Shown here piece by piece: positions 24,102 through 37,500 of a stretch of 64,000 nt of DNA. The stretch is from Macrostomum lignano (lineage: Eukaryota), in assembly GCA_002269645.1 (NCBI GenBank), contig NIVC01001774.1, forward strand, positions 124,001 to 188,000. The letters run 5' to 3'. A program made the translations under genes and the position numbers. The first letter of the stretch is position 1; each line of letters opens with the position of its first letter. The notes beneath the pieces were generated by a model that made no database searches, was not told the origin of the DNA, and was given only the letters and a program-made list of their open reading frames with translations.

Positions 24102-24514
24102 TAGTAGTAGTAGGCAAAGTTATCCCCTGCCAACCCCGTACTCTCAAGGCAATGTACAGTGTAAAGTGTACAGCCGGTGTGTTGAAATGTCTATGGCCAG
24201 GAGTTGTCTTATTTAGTCGCTCTTTTGCTAGTTCACTTAACTGTAAAAATGGGTACCAGCATTAGCTGGGGTAGTTGAGGGTTACTTTGCCTTCTTGTGT
24301 GCGGCCTATTCTTGCGGTGGTAGAATACACACGCTCACGCAGGGTGTACAGCGACCTTTTGACAGTCTAATCGTCAGGCATGTACACTCTCTGTGCCTTG
24401 GGGGTTGGCCTCCATCGCTGTGAATCGTACGACAACTCGCAGGGCCAATTTTCGCACGGAATCGAACCAGGGGTCGTGGCACGAGAGTCGGCTGCTCTGC
24501 CCCCATGGTTGGAG
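24102..24514 (-). mobile_element. tRNA-derived SINE with (TAC)n tail
   Basis: Minus-strand B-box GGTTCGATTCC; shares one block with the SINE at 2.6 kb and another with the SINE at 9.8 kb; ends TGCCTACTACTACTAC. Confidence 0.7.
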
Positions 24515-24939
24515 TTTATAGCGATTTATTCACTCTGCGATGCACCCGTGCTGTGCTTCGTTATATCTCAAAAAGTTACTGTCAAATTCAGCAATTCTTT
24601 TTCTAGCGATAAAATCTTGATAGTATTTTGAATTTTTTAAATCTTTCTTTCATCCAGTTTAATTCCGGGCATCAGAAATCATTTCAAATATTGTCGTTTG
24701 ACTTTCTCGAATTGTCACGTTTAATTTCCGGAGTTGCCGCTCTCCGTGCAAGAAAATAATCGGTGGTGCTGACGCGAATAACTGCATTGAAATTTGCCAA
24801 TTCAGCGGCTTCAATTTGTTGGAACCGGTCACGCGACAGTTTAATAGAGTTAGAATAGGACTGGCTTTCTAAATTATTGATACATGGACTACCTGACACT
24901 AGATACATGGTCTAATTATCAAAGCAGACAATTACTCGA

Positions 24940-27900
24940 GTTCAAGGACTACTCGGCCCTATAAACTACCCAATTTCAAGGACAACTCAGTCCCGAAAAC
25001 AACTCAATCTCAAGGACAACTCAGCCCCGAAAGCTACTCAATCTCAAAGACAACTCAGCCCCGAAAGCTACTCAATCTCAAAGACAACTCAGCCCCAAAA
25101 GCTACTCAATCTCAAAGACAACTCAGTCCCGAAAACTACCCAATTTCAAAGACAACTCAGCCTCGAAAGCTACCCAATTTCAAAGACAACTCAGCCTCGA
25201 AAGCTACCCAATTTCAAAGGCAACTCAGCCTCGAAAGCTACTCAATTTCAAAGACAACTCAGCCTCGAAAGCTACCCAATTTCAAAGACAACTCAGCCTC
25301 GAAAGCTACTCAATTTTAAAAGCAACTCAGCCCCGAAAACTACTCAATTTCAAGGACAACTCAGCCTCGAAAGCTACCCAATTTCAAAGGCAACTCAGCC
25401 TCGAAAGCTACTCAATTTCAAAGGCAACTCAGCCTCGAAAGCTACTCAATCTCAAAGACAACTCAGCCCCGAAAACTACTCAATCTCAAAGACAACTCAG
25501 CCCCGAAAACTACTCAATCTCAAAGACAACTCAGTCCCGAAAACTACCCAATTTCAAAGACAACTCAGCCCCGAAAACTACCCAATTTCAAAGACAACTC
25601 AGCCCCGAAAGCTACTCAATTTCAAAGACTACTCAGTCCCGAAAGCTACCCAATTTCAAAGACAACTCAGCCCCGAAAACTACCCAATTTCAAGGACAAC
25701 TCAGCCCCGAAAGCTACTCAATTTCAAAGACTACTCAGTCCCGAAAGCTACCCAATTTCAAAGACTACTCAGTCCCGAAAGCTACCCAATTTCAAAGACT
25801 ACTCAGCCTCGAAAGCTACTCAATTTCAAAGGCAACTCAGCCTCGAAAGCTACTCAATTTCAAAGACAACTCAGCCTCGAAAGCTACCCAATTTCAAAGA
25901 CTACTCAGCCTCGAAAGCTACTCAATTTCAAAGACAACTCAGCCCCGAAAACTACCCAATTTCAAAGACAACTCAGCCCCGAAAACTACCCAATTTCAAA
26001 GACAACTCAGCCCCGAAAGCTACCCAATTTCAAAGACTACTCGGCCTCGAAAGCTACTCAATTTCAAAGACAACTCAGCCCCGAAAACTACTCAATTTCA
26101 AAGACAACTCAGTCCCGAAAACTACCCAATGTCAAGGACAACTCAGCCCCGAAAACTACCCAATTTCAAGGACAACTCAGCCCCGAAAACTACCCAATTT
26201 CAAGGACAACTCAGCCCCGAAAGCTACTCAATTTCAAAGACTACTCAGTCCCGAAAGCTACCCAATTTCAAAGACTACTCAGTCCCGAAAGCTACCCAAT
26301 TTCAAAGACTACTCAGCCTCGAAAGCTACTCAATTTCAAAGGCAACTCAGCCTCGAAAGCTACTCAATTTCAAAGACTACTCAGCCTCGAAAGCTACCCA
26401 ATTTCAAAGACTACTCAGCCCCGAAAACTACCCAATTTCAAAGACAACTCAGTCCCGAAAACTACCCAATGTCAAGGACAACTCAGCCCCGAAAACTACC
26501 CAATTTCAAGGACAACTCAGCCCCGAAAACTACCCAATTTCAAGGACAACTCAGCCCCGAAAGCTACTCAATTTCAAAGACTACTCAGTCCCGAAAGCTA
26601 CCCAATTTCAAAGACTACTCAGTCCCGAAAGCTACCCAATTTCAAAGACTACTCAGCCTCGAAAGCTACTCAATTTCAAAGGCAACTCAGCCTCGAAAGC
26701 TACTCAATTTCAAAGACTACTCAGCCTCGAAAGCTACCCAATTTCAAAGACAACTCAGCCTCGAAAGCTACTCAATTTCAAAGACAACTCAGCCTCGAAA
26801 GCTACCCAATTTCAAAGACTACTCAGCCTCGAAAGCTACTCAATTTCAAAGACAACTCAGCCTCGAAAGCTACCCAATTTCAAAGACTACTCAGCCTCGA
26901 AAGCTACTCAATTTCAAAGACAACTCAGCCTCGAAAGCTACTCAATTTCAAAGACAACTCAGCCTCGAAAGCTACCCAATGTCAAGGACAACTCAGTCCC
27001 GAAAACTACCCAATTTCAAAGACTACTCAGTCCCGAAAACTACCCAATTTCAAAGACTACTCAGCCCCGAAAACTACCCAATTTCAAAGACTACTCAGCC
27101 CCGAAAACTACCCAATTTCAAAGACAACTCAGTCCCGAAAGCTACTCAATTTCAAAGACAACTCAGTCCCGAAAGCTACCCAATTTCAAAGACTACTCAT
27201 CTCCGAAAACTACCCAATTTCAAAGACAACTCAGCCTCGAAAGCTACCCAATTTCAAAGACTACTCAGCCTCGAAAGCTACTCAATTTCAAAGGCAACTC
27301 AGCCTCGAAAGCTACTCAATTTCAAAGACTACTCAGCCTCGAAAGCTACTCAATTTCAAAGACTACTCAGCCTCGAAAGCTACTCAATTTCAAAGACAAC
27401 TCAGCCTCGAAAGCTACCCAATTTCAAAGACTACTCAGCCTCGAAAGCTACTCAATTTCAAAGACAACTCAGCCTCGAAAGCTACTCAATTTCAAAGACA
27501 ACTCAGCCTCGAAAGCTACCCAATGTCAAGGACAACTCAGTCCCGAAAACTACCCAATTTCAAAGACAACTCAGCCTCGAAAGCTACCCAATTTCAAAGA
27601 CTACTCAGCCTCGAAAGCTACTCAATTTCAAAGACAACTCAGCCTCGAAAGCTACTCAATTTCAAAGACAACTCAGCCTCGAAAGCTACCCAATGTCAAG
27701 GACAACTCAGTCCCGAAAACTACCCAATTTCAAAGACTACTCAGCCCCGAAAACTACCCAATTTCAAAGACAACTCAGTCCCGAAAGCTACCCAATTTCA
27801 AAGACTACTCAGCCCCGAAAACTACCCAATTTCAAAGACAACTCAGTCCCGAAAACTACCCAATTTCAAAGACAACTCAGTCCCGAAAACTACCCAATTT

Positions 27901-28075
27901 CAAAGACTACTCAGTCCCGAAAACTACCCAATTTCAAAGACTACTCAGCCTCGAAAGCTACTCAATTTCAAAGACAACTCAGCCTCGAAAGCTACTCAAT
28001 TTCAAAGACAACTCAGCCTCGAAAGCTACCCAATGTCAAGGACTACTCAGCCCCGAAGAATACCCCATTTCAAGG
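24940..28075. repeat. 34-bp minisatellite (AAGACAACTCAGCCTCGAAAGCTACCCAATTTCA), about 92 copies
   Basis: Direct periodicity; largest array in the window; explains ORFs 26129-28121. Confidence 0.98.
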
Positions 28076-29149
28076 TCAGCTGAGCGCATCAAAAAAATCT
28101 GAGCAGTTTTGGATCATCTAACTTTCTACTCACAACGCTACAGTTAATATATAAAAATGTTCCGCACAACAGATGACAACGAAAAATGGTTATAACAGTG
28201 AGTCATGTAGTAAAAATACGTTGAGTGCAGAGTTTCCACAGTTTAAACTGTGACTGAATTAGCTAAATAAACTTAGTCAATCGAAGCCTACAATCCTAAA
28301 AATACAAAACATGCGCTTGTACAGCCAGAAACGGTACAGCATATTATCGCATATAATAAATTATTAAACACGAGTTGACAGCTGGCCTCACACGAAACGG
28401 ACACAATTTTAATTAAAGTTGATGACAAAAGAATCATGATCACAGGCCCGTGACAGGAATGACCTGAATCTTGGTCGGTGTCTTAACGACTGGGACAGAA
28501 AATAGATAATGCAAAGGGAAAAATAATTACTCTAACACCAGCCGGTAATTATCATGCCTGTATAATCGTAACCGTTTTTGGTTATCAGAGTTTTAATCAG
28601 AGTCAAACGAAATTACTGAGATACTTCGTAGAATGTATTAGCAACCGGTCTTTGTGGCGTCATAAGGGTCTTAAGGGCCAAGTCACATGTTGCAGCCCTC
28701 ACAGCAGCCATGGATCCCGCACCCATGTCAGCAGCTCCCCAGATAGCAACACGGGAAATCTTCAAGAAACTGAGCAGCATGTATTTCTTAGAATTTTCTG
28801 ATTTTTCAGTGGCTTCCTTGCACTCAGAATAGCCCCGAATCACGCGCCAACCTCGTGGGCGTTCTAGAAAATTCTAAAGCTTTCTACCTCCCATGCATAT
28901 TTAGTTGGATATGCCAAGGGTACCGCTTTTTCGCTCTAGTCAGACAAAGTACGTCAAGTTAAAAAGAATGTTTGATGAGTTAATAAAATGATGTAAAACC
29001 TTTAAAAAATTACGAGTAATAAAATCTCCCCCTCTCTGACCTGTCTTCTCCCGATCCTCGCTTCCTCAACCATATTCAACCTTAATACATACTCCCCTTC
29101 GCCTTCCCATCTCACTCTACTCATTATCGCCCTCTACTCCTTTTCATCC

Positions 29150-30115
29150 ACGACCCCTCATCCCCTACTCCTCATCCCCTCTCATCCCCTCTCATCCCCT
29201 CTCATCCCCTACTCCTCACGTCCCCTCTCATCCCCTACTCCTCATCCCCTCTCATCCCCTACTCCTCATCCCCTCTCATCCCCTCTCATCCCCTACTCCT
29301 CACGTCCCCTCTCATCCCCTACTCCTCATCCCCCCTCATCCCCTACTCCTCATCCCCTCTCATCCCCTACTCCTCATCCCCTCTCATCCCCTACTCCTCA
29401 TCCCCTACTCCTCATCCCTTCTCATCCCCTACTCCTCATCCCCTCTCATCCCCTACTCCTCACGTCCCCTCTCATCCCCTACTCCTCATCCCCTCTCATC
29501 CCCTACTCCTCATCCCCTCTCATCCCCTACTCCTCTCATCCCTCTCATCCCCTACTCCTCATCCCCTCTCATCCCCTACTCCTCATCCCCTCTCATCCCC
29601 TACTCCTCACGTCCCCTCTCATCCCCTACTCCTCATCCCCTCTCATCCCCTACTCCTCATCCCCTCTCATCCCCTACTCCTCACGTCCCCTCTCATCCCC
29701 TACTCCTCATCCCCTCTCATCCCCTACTCCTCACGTCCCCTCTCATCCCCTACTCCTCATCCCCTCTCATCCCCTACTCCTCTCATCCCTCTCATCCCCT
29801 ACTCCTCTCATCCCTCTCATCCCCTACTCCTCTCATCCCCTCTCATCCCCTACTCCTCACGTCCCCTCTCATCCCCTACTCCTCATCCCCTCTCATCCCC
29901 TACTCCTCATCCCCTCTCATCCCCTACTCCTCATCCCCTCTCATCCCCTACTCCTCATCCCCTCTCATCCCCTACTCCTCATCCCCTCTCATCCCCTACT
30001 CCTCACGTCCCCTCTCATCCCCTACTCCTCATCCCCTCTCATCCCCTACTCCTCATCATTATCCCCTACTCCTCATCATTATCCCCTACTCCTCATCATT
30101 ATCCCCTACTCATCC
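29150..30115. repeat. 24-bp C-rich minisatellite (CCTCATCCCCTCTCATCCCCTACT), about 40 copies
   Basis: Direct periodicity just downstream of the GPCR stop. Confidence 0.96.
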
Positions 30116-30180
30116 CTCTGTTCTCCTCTTCCCCTTCAGTACCACATTCCTTCAATCCTCTTCATCCCTCCCAGCCTCAG

Positions 30181-32347
30181 TCAGTCCTTTCCGATCTCCG
30201 TCGTGTTCCGGTCTCTTTCAGCAGGACTCGGTCTCAGCTGCGCCAAGGAAACTCCGCCGCTGGTCCCCGAGGCCTGTCGTGGGCCGCCGCCACCGCCGCC
30301 GCCGCCGCCGCGAAGGCCGCAGCAGCTGAGTAGAAAGGCGCGAAAATTGGGCATTATAATAAAAAAGATGACGGGATTCACGGCGCTATTCATGCTGATT
30401 AGAAACGAGTCGAGCAGCTGCAGGAACCAAGTCCCAGTCGAGTCCTCGTCAAGGCTGTCTAGAATGAACGTGACCGAGTCCAAGGCAAACAGGGCCACGA
30501 AGGCGAAGCTGGTGACTCCGGCGGTGACGGTCAGTCGTCTGGCGGCTGAGCTCGCCGACTTTCTCTGCCTGTCCGCGCCGCTGGCATTGCCGACGCCGCT
30601 GCTGGACCGGAGCAGGGCGACCACGATGGCCGAGTAGGTGACCAGGAACAGCAGGAACGGCAGGATCCAGAACAGGACTAAATTGGCCACGCCGAAGCCT
30701 GTGAGCTGAGCGGCGGTCAGGTGGTCCCAGTTGCAGTAGCGGTGCACACTTGGCGAGCTGTCGGCGCTATCGCTTCCGCTGCCGTTGAGCGTCTGCGGCG
30801 AGACCAGACTCTGCGAGTATGGCGCGAAGACCAGGCAGAACGGCACCTGCAGAGTGGGATAGTAGCTTGGATTAGTGTCTTACATGCAGTGTTCTAGTGT
30901 CTCAGTGTCTCAGTGTGTCAGTGTCTCAGTGTCTCAGTGTTTCAGTGTCTCAGTGTCTCAGTGTCTCAGTGTCACAGTGTCTCAGTGTCTCATTATTTCA
31001 GTATCTCAGTGTCTCAATGTCTCAGTGTCTCAGTGTCTTAGTGTCTCAGTGTCTCATTATCTCAGTGTCTCAGTGTCTTAGTGTCTCAGTGTCTCATTAT
31101 CTCAGTATCTCAGTGTCTCAGTGTCTCAGTGTCACAGTGTCTCAGTGTCACAGTGTCTCAGTGTCTCAGTGTCTCAGTGTCTTAGTGTCTCAGTGTCTCA
31201 GTATCTCAGTGTCTAAGTGTCTCAGTGTCTCAGTGTCTCAGTATCTCAGTGTCTCAGTATCTCAGTGTCTCAGTGTCTCAGTGTCTCATTATCTCAGTAT
31301 CTCAGTGTCTCAGTGTCTCAGTGTCACAGTGTCTCAGTGTCACAGTGTCTCAGTGTCTCAGTGTCTCAGTGTCTTAGTGTCTCAGTGTCTCAGTATCTCA
31401 GTGTCTAAGTGTCTCAGTGTCTCAGTGTCTCAGTATCTCAGTGTCTCAGTATCTCAGTGTCTCAGTGTCTCAGTGTCTCAGTATCTCAGTGTCTCAGTGT
31501 CTCAGTATCTCAGTGTCTCAGTATCTCAGTGTCTCATTATCTCAGTGTCTCAGTATCTCAGTGTCTCAGTATCTCGGTGTCTCAGTGTCTCAGTGTCTCA
31601 GTATCTCAGTTTCTCAGTATCTCAGTGTCTCAGTATCTCAGTTTCTCAGTATCTCAGTGTCTCAGTATCTCAGTGTCTCAGTATCTCAGTGTCTCAGTAT
31701 CTCAGTGTCTCAGTATCTCAGTGTCTCAGTGTCTCAGTCTGGTTTTGCCTGTCTGTCCCACAGCGTCTCCTGTCTTCCAATTCAAAGGGAATTCTTGCCT
31801 GCAAAAAGAAGGGCGAAGCGGTCACCAGTCCCATGAGGCAGTACAGCACAGTTTTCTTATGCAGTTTGTACCACAGCGGACTGCAGAGACAGAGGCAGCG
31901 TTCCAAGGACAGAGCCACCAGATTGTAGACACTCATGCTGACGAAGGTCCAGTAGATCAGTTGACTGAACACGATGGCGCAGAATGCCGTCCAAGCCACC
32001 TCCGAGCTGCCTCCATTCTGTAGCGGTTCCAGGATGAACGACTTCCGGTACTGCACCAGCAGCAGGCTGGACAGCATGACGCCCAGGTCGATGACAGACT
32101 GGCTGCGAAACAGGACAGTGCAGGCCCAGTTGCCGATCTTTTCACGAAAGGTGAAACCGAGGAACAGCAGGTTCAGGAGGCAACCGATCGACTGGATGGC
32201 GGTCTTTGCGATGTCGAATCCCACTTGGAAATTCATTTTTCGGTGCTGATTTCGGGGGCTAAGGAAACTTGATAGAGAGTCGGCAGAGGGCCAGTTGCGG
32301 GTTAAGCTGGGAGGGTTTTTATTTACACGGCTCTGCAGCCCAGCCAT
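30181..32347 (-). CDS. Class A (rhodopsin-like) GPCR; exons 32347-31799 (ATG 32347 or 32236) and 30846-30181
   Basis: Seven hydrophobic segments; NL in TM1, D in TM2, LSLERC (DRY-like), MNSAVNPVIF (NPxxY-like); joined by a phase-0 CAG|GCAAGA...CTGCAG| intron that completes TM4. Confidence 0.88.
30895..31740. repeat. 8-bp tandem repeat (TGTCTCAG)n filling the GPCR intron
   Basis: Direct periodicity. Confidence 0.97.
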
Positions 32348-32569
32348 TGGACGACGCAATGGACAGTGTAAAGTAGGCGGTCATCAGGGGACTGTTCTCA
32401 ATACTGAAGAAGCGGGCTAACTGGTGATATTGAGCACAGACTCACACAGAATGTACGCAGCGGCCCTGACTTGAATGTCAATTAATCGGACGCAGGCGGA
32501 ATTGGATCAATGAACTGGTCGGTTAGACAGCTACGAGCGTATCAACATGAGATGTTGACTTCATCAACA

Positions 32570-32752
32570 TCCAGTTGTGAAGTCAGTGACCGTCATGAGA
32601 TAATCTGGCTGTAAAGTCTGTGACCATCATGAGATAATCTGGTTGTAAAGTCTGTGACCATCATGAGATAATCTGGTTGTGAAGTCTGTGACCGTCATGA
32701 GATAATCTGGCTGTGAAGTCAGTGACCGTCATGAGACAATCTGGTTGTGAAT
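32570..32752. repeat. 34-bp tandem repeat (GTGACCATCATGAGATAATCTGGTTGTAAAGTCT), about 5 copies
   Basis: Direct periodicity. Confidence 0.9.
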
Positions 32753-33483
32753 TCATTTTCAATGCAATCAGAATGAACAGCTAAAAATTGTAGGTTCGAA
32801 CCTATAGCTGCATGGGTATACTTCTTTAAATTGCATTCTTCCGTTCCAGACCTAAAAAAATTGCATGACATAATGACTTCTCTTTTAAATTGTTCCTTCT
32901 TCTAACAAATCAATGTAATCAAAGGCAATAATGGAAAGGTTGTTTACCCCTAACTTCTTCTTTACAAATCAAAGGTAAGCAAAGGCAATGGAAAGGCTGT
33001 TTACTCCTAAACTATACCTGTCTTTATATGAGTCGTTGGGAACAAATTTTGCTCTAAGCAGGGGCCTAAATGAACAAGAACAAAATTTATCGATGATATC
33101 ACAGGCAACTTCCCCAATCCGAATGCTATTTTTTGGATTGAACCAATATTTTGAGAGGGAAACAAGCTATATCTACATGTAGCTATTAACCAAGTCCCAA
33201 ACTACACTGACATGCATCATCTACTCAAGTTCAGGTCCTTCCATCCAGAGCACTCGTTTGGAGAGGAATCCACAGGTTCTCAGATTGGCAAGTTTATTTG
33301 ACAAAAGATCCGACTTCTTTGAAGCAATCAATAATACCATTGACCCGGGACAGGGGAATTCCTAACAAGAGGATTTTAAAACTGGTTTCAGTAGTACCAG
33401 CTAAAGGTACAAAATAGTTGCTCTCGGCCCACTGCCTCTTTGTACTAGTTGCTTTTAATTTGTAAGCCCTTGACCAGCTTCAA

Positions 33484-33740
33484 AGGGCCTGTCAACTTAA
33501 GCTCAAGTGGAGCTTAGTGGAGCCCTAAATTGGAGCCCGATTGCAGTAACCTATGTACTCAAATGATATATACATGCACGTCATTCTGCGTACTGCAGTG
33601 ACACCAGAAGCTGGATTTCGAAGCTGGAGCTGGATTTCGCAAAAAGGTGACAAAAATTGGACCATGGGATGTAAGGAGAGAACAAGCAATTAGGGGGATA
33701 GTTAGGGACTCCAATTTATGAGATTAAGATGACAGGCCCT
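33484..33740. mobile_element. MITE with 21-bp terminal inverted repeats (PIF/Harbinger-like termini)
   Basis: AGGGCCTGTCAACTTAAGCTC vs GAGATTAAGATGACAGGCCCT, 2 mismatches; no clean TSD seen, so superfamily is tentative. Confidence 0.65.
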
Positions 33741-34566
33741 TTTATAATCTTAAAATCATCTCAATTTTATCAACCTGCCGTACTGCAAACAATTATATAG
33801 TAATCAACAAACAGCAACAAGATATTGCATGCCGACGCGAAAGGTCAAAAGGAATATACATAAGGATCACCGCGAACAAAATTATTCGTAAAAGCATCGA
33901 TTTCTCAGCTATGTCAGAGTCAGAGGAATGACCTCCTGCAACTTGGTACAAATGAAGTGCTACCTTATATCCTCTTAAGTCGCGACAACCTCTATACAGT
34001 ACTACAGTATGCGCAGGCGCTTGTTGGTCCGACCAGTCCAGTGCAGCTATATAACTTGTAGCGGTGCTGAAAAAATAAGGCGTGGGGTGGTGGTTCTTAG
34101 GTAATTTGATTTATCGCGGAATTTTTTAGAATTGCAATACGTGCTACTATAGAAAAGAGTTGCCAAAATTACGCTTATGCATAGATTTAAATAAAAAATG
34201 TTTTTTTGACTTTTTAATTAATATCCAAAACTCTAGTATACTGAGGTGAGTTTTAACGTAATAAATTATTCCTTTAGCATTAGAATTGTTATATTAAGTG
34301 GTGGTTTATATCGCTTTCAGATTCAAACAGCATCATCTTAAGTAGAGATCGAACTCAGGTCGCGCGCGCGCTTGATAGATAGCCTATCCGACCGGTTGCA
34401 CTCAATGGTGGTTAGTTTGGTTAATTTCCGTCATCAATCATTTTCAAATTACCTAGGTCGTCTCTAGCTTAAGACAAAATCGTTAAATTTTACTTGGTAA
34501 CGACGAGCAGTTTTGTTGCATTTGACACCACACTTTGACCTAAACATTGTCAAATTTACTCTTGCA

Positions 34567-37500
34567 ATGTCTGAGGTAAGCTTTAAAATTTTAATCAGTA
34601 TATTATATTCTCAATCTCAACTAAAGTCTTCACGACTTTAACTCCTAAAAAGTGACTGGCCAGTGTCCAACATGGGAACTTTTCCTGCCAAACTGACTAG
34701 AGTGAGACAATATAACATTGAATATTTTTTAGAATATTTCCAAACCAAAATGGCACTTTCACATTTAATGAAACAATTATACCTAGACCTATTTAATTGC
34801 AGCTGAAATATTTATATTAATAATCAGATGCTCTTTGTTTATAATCATTTATTACACTTTATCTCTACCTATAAATATAAAAATAAAATGAAAATAAAAC
34901 TGAGTTAAATATATATTAAAACAATGCTTATTGCCATTGTTAGGCCTATGGCATGTCTATGTCTATAGTATTATCATAATTCTAACATTATTTAGGCCTT
35001 AAATACTACTCTTAGTATTATAGTAATAAATAAACTAGACACTATTGACTTAAAAATTTCAATAATATATTATACGAGGCCAACTCCTCCGTTGGCGGAG
35101 TAAGGGGAAGAACTCCCATCGCCAGAATTTCATTTTCTGAAATCCATCAGCTGAATCCAATGACACGAATCCCATCGTCCAAATCCTCTCCAAATTCTCT
35201 ATTAAGCTCCCAAAAACCATGTTGTTTTACCTGTTTGCAAAAACTGACTGCCTGTCATCATCCAGACTGACTCTCGCCTGTCTCCTCTCTCCTCTTTGCT
35301 CTCTCATCTCTAATCTCTCCTATCTCCTCTCTGCTCTCATCTCCTCGCTTATCTATCATTTCTCATCTCTCATCTCTACTCTCTTATCTCTCCTCTCTGC
35401 GCTCTCATATTTACTCTCTTCTTTCTCCTCACTACTTTCTCCTCTACTTTTTCCTCTCTCCTCTTTTATCTCTGCTCTCTTCTCTCTCCTCTCCTTTATC
35501 TCCTGTCTGCTCACTCATCTCTCTACTTTCTCCCCTCTCCTCTCTCCCTTATAATCTCGCTTCTCTCTCCTCTCTCTCCCCTCATCTCTACTCATTTATC
35601 TCTTCTCTCTCGTCTTTCGGCTCTACTCCCTCCTGTCTCCTCTTTCTCCTCTCTTACCCCTCTCCTCTCTCCTCTCAATTCCCTCATCTCTTCTCTCGCC
35701 TTTATTCTCTTTTTTTCTTTTCTCTAATCTGTCCCTTTTAATTCTCTCTTTTCATGTTCTCTTTCATCTAATCTTTTATCTACTCTAGCCTTTTCTCTTT
35801 TCTCTATTCCCTTTCAATTTAACCATTTCATCCTCTCCATGAAACAGCTATCATCAAAATCCTCTCCGTTAAACTGCAATCTAGCTTGTATCATCTCCTT
35901 CAAGCTACAATCCATCGATTTAAAAAAATACTATCTCTATCAAATTTCAGTCAATCAAGACTATGATGTGACGTTGTCAGTTTAAGGTGGTCCCGAAAAG
36001 GGCCGTTGGACTGCTGTTCTCCATAGTCATTCAACCCTTCAGTTTCACCGTTTCAACTAAACTTTTCCATTCGTTTATTGCGACGTTTACTTGTAGTAGT
36101 GCCCAACGATTTTGTGGCAATTTATAATTCATTGTATATTTTGCTATCCTCTCTCGCAACCGTATAAAATTGGCACGATCGATAATTTTAAGTTCTCTCG
36201 CCAGCCAATGAAATCACTCGTGCTCGCGCTACACCCCCTCTGCGCTCTTTTATTAAACCCCCGCCTGGCGGCGGGCACCCCTCACGCTTTTTCGTCTCTC
36301 CCCGCCTGTTCCTTGTTTCCTTCCCTGCGGCCTCTTAGCTGTCTTATCTGTTTGTCTGGCTGCCTCGAGCCTCCTTATTTCTCACCACGGCCCTTCTGTC
36401 TGGGCCAGCCTGCTCACACACTTACTTGACTGTTTCACGCCACGACCGACGCCAACTCACCACTACGTTTCACTGCCTTCACTGTGCTCATAGCCACTGC
36501 TCACGTCACGTCGCCATTGTGTCATTCGCCTGCCACTTGACTTCATATCCAAATTATATTCAACCCATTGCTGCAGCCGCCAGTGCCCAGAAAGCTATAG
36601 TCTGTTTATTGCCAGTAACAGCCAAACTTAATACTGATATTAACAATAAAGACAACTACGGCAGTTCCTGCCTTTATCGCCAAGTGCTCCGCTACAAAAT
36701 CCGCTTTACAAGAATTGACTTCAACTTATTTTGGGACTAAAACGGCCCTTTTAAGGGTCACCGCATAGCTGGCCGCTACGCCAATAACGTGACAATGAAA
36801 CTGAAGTCTATAAAAATATGATTTTTACTTGTCTGGGTATACGTCAAAAAATCTTCCAAATCTTCCAAATCCTCCATAAAACCTCTGAAATATCATAGCA
36901 TGTTTTCCCTGTTTACAAAAATTGACTGCCATCGTCCAGACTGAGACTCTCTCCTGTCGCCTCTCTCCTCTTTGCTCCTTTATCTAATCTCTTCTTTCTG
37001 CTTCCTGCTCTCCATCTCCTCTCTCATCTCTACTCTTACTTTCTTATCAATCACCTCCCATCTCTCATCTCTCCTCTCTACGCTCTCATCTCTATTTTCT
37101 CATCTCTATTCTCTCATCTTTTCCCTTTGCTCTCTCATTTGTTTTTTCATCTCTCTCTTCTCTCCCTTCTCTTCTCGCTTCTCTCTCTCCCCTCTTCTCT
37201 CTATCTCTTCTCTCCTGTCTTCTCTCATTTCTCTCTATCTCTCCTCTTCTCTCTCATCTCTCATCTCTACTCGCTTATCTATCGCCTCTCCTCTACCCTG
37301 TCCTCTCTCTCTCCTCTTTTTTCTCTCTCGTATCTCCTCTCTGCTCTCAATTCTCATACTCCTATTTTCTCTCTTACCCTCTCCCTCTTCATCTCTCATC
37401 TTTCCCCTCTTCTCTCTACCGTCTCCTGTCTCATCTCTCCTCTCTCTTCTCTCTCCTCTGTACTATCTTATCCCTCCTCTCTCCTCCCATCTTTCCTCCC

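Noticed and set aside
26129-28121. Long ORFs of 550-657 aa (also 14420-16409, 46617-48420, 3906-5019, 30897-32023, 41034-42259)
   Set aside because: They are translations of tandem repeats open in several frames at once, with no codon or domain signal
24684-28843. Short ORFs 24684..24908 and 28613..28843 as extra GPCR-side exons
   Set aside because: The GPCR already has a stop at 30181, and there is no splice or homology support
32988-33360. Possible decayed retroelement coding fragment
   Set aside because: No recognisable RT, endonuclease or transposase motif in either orientation
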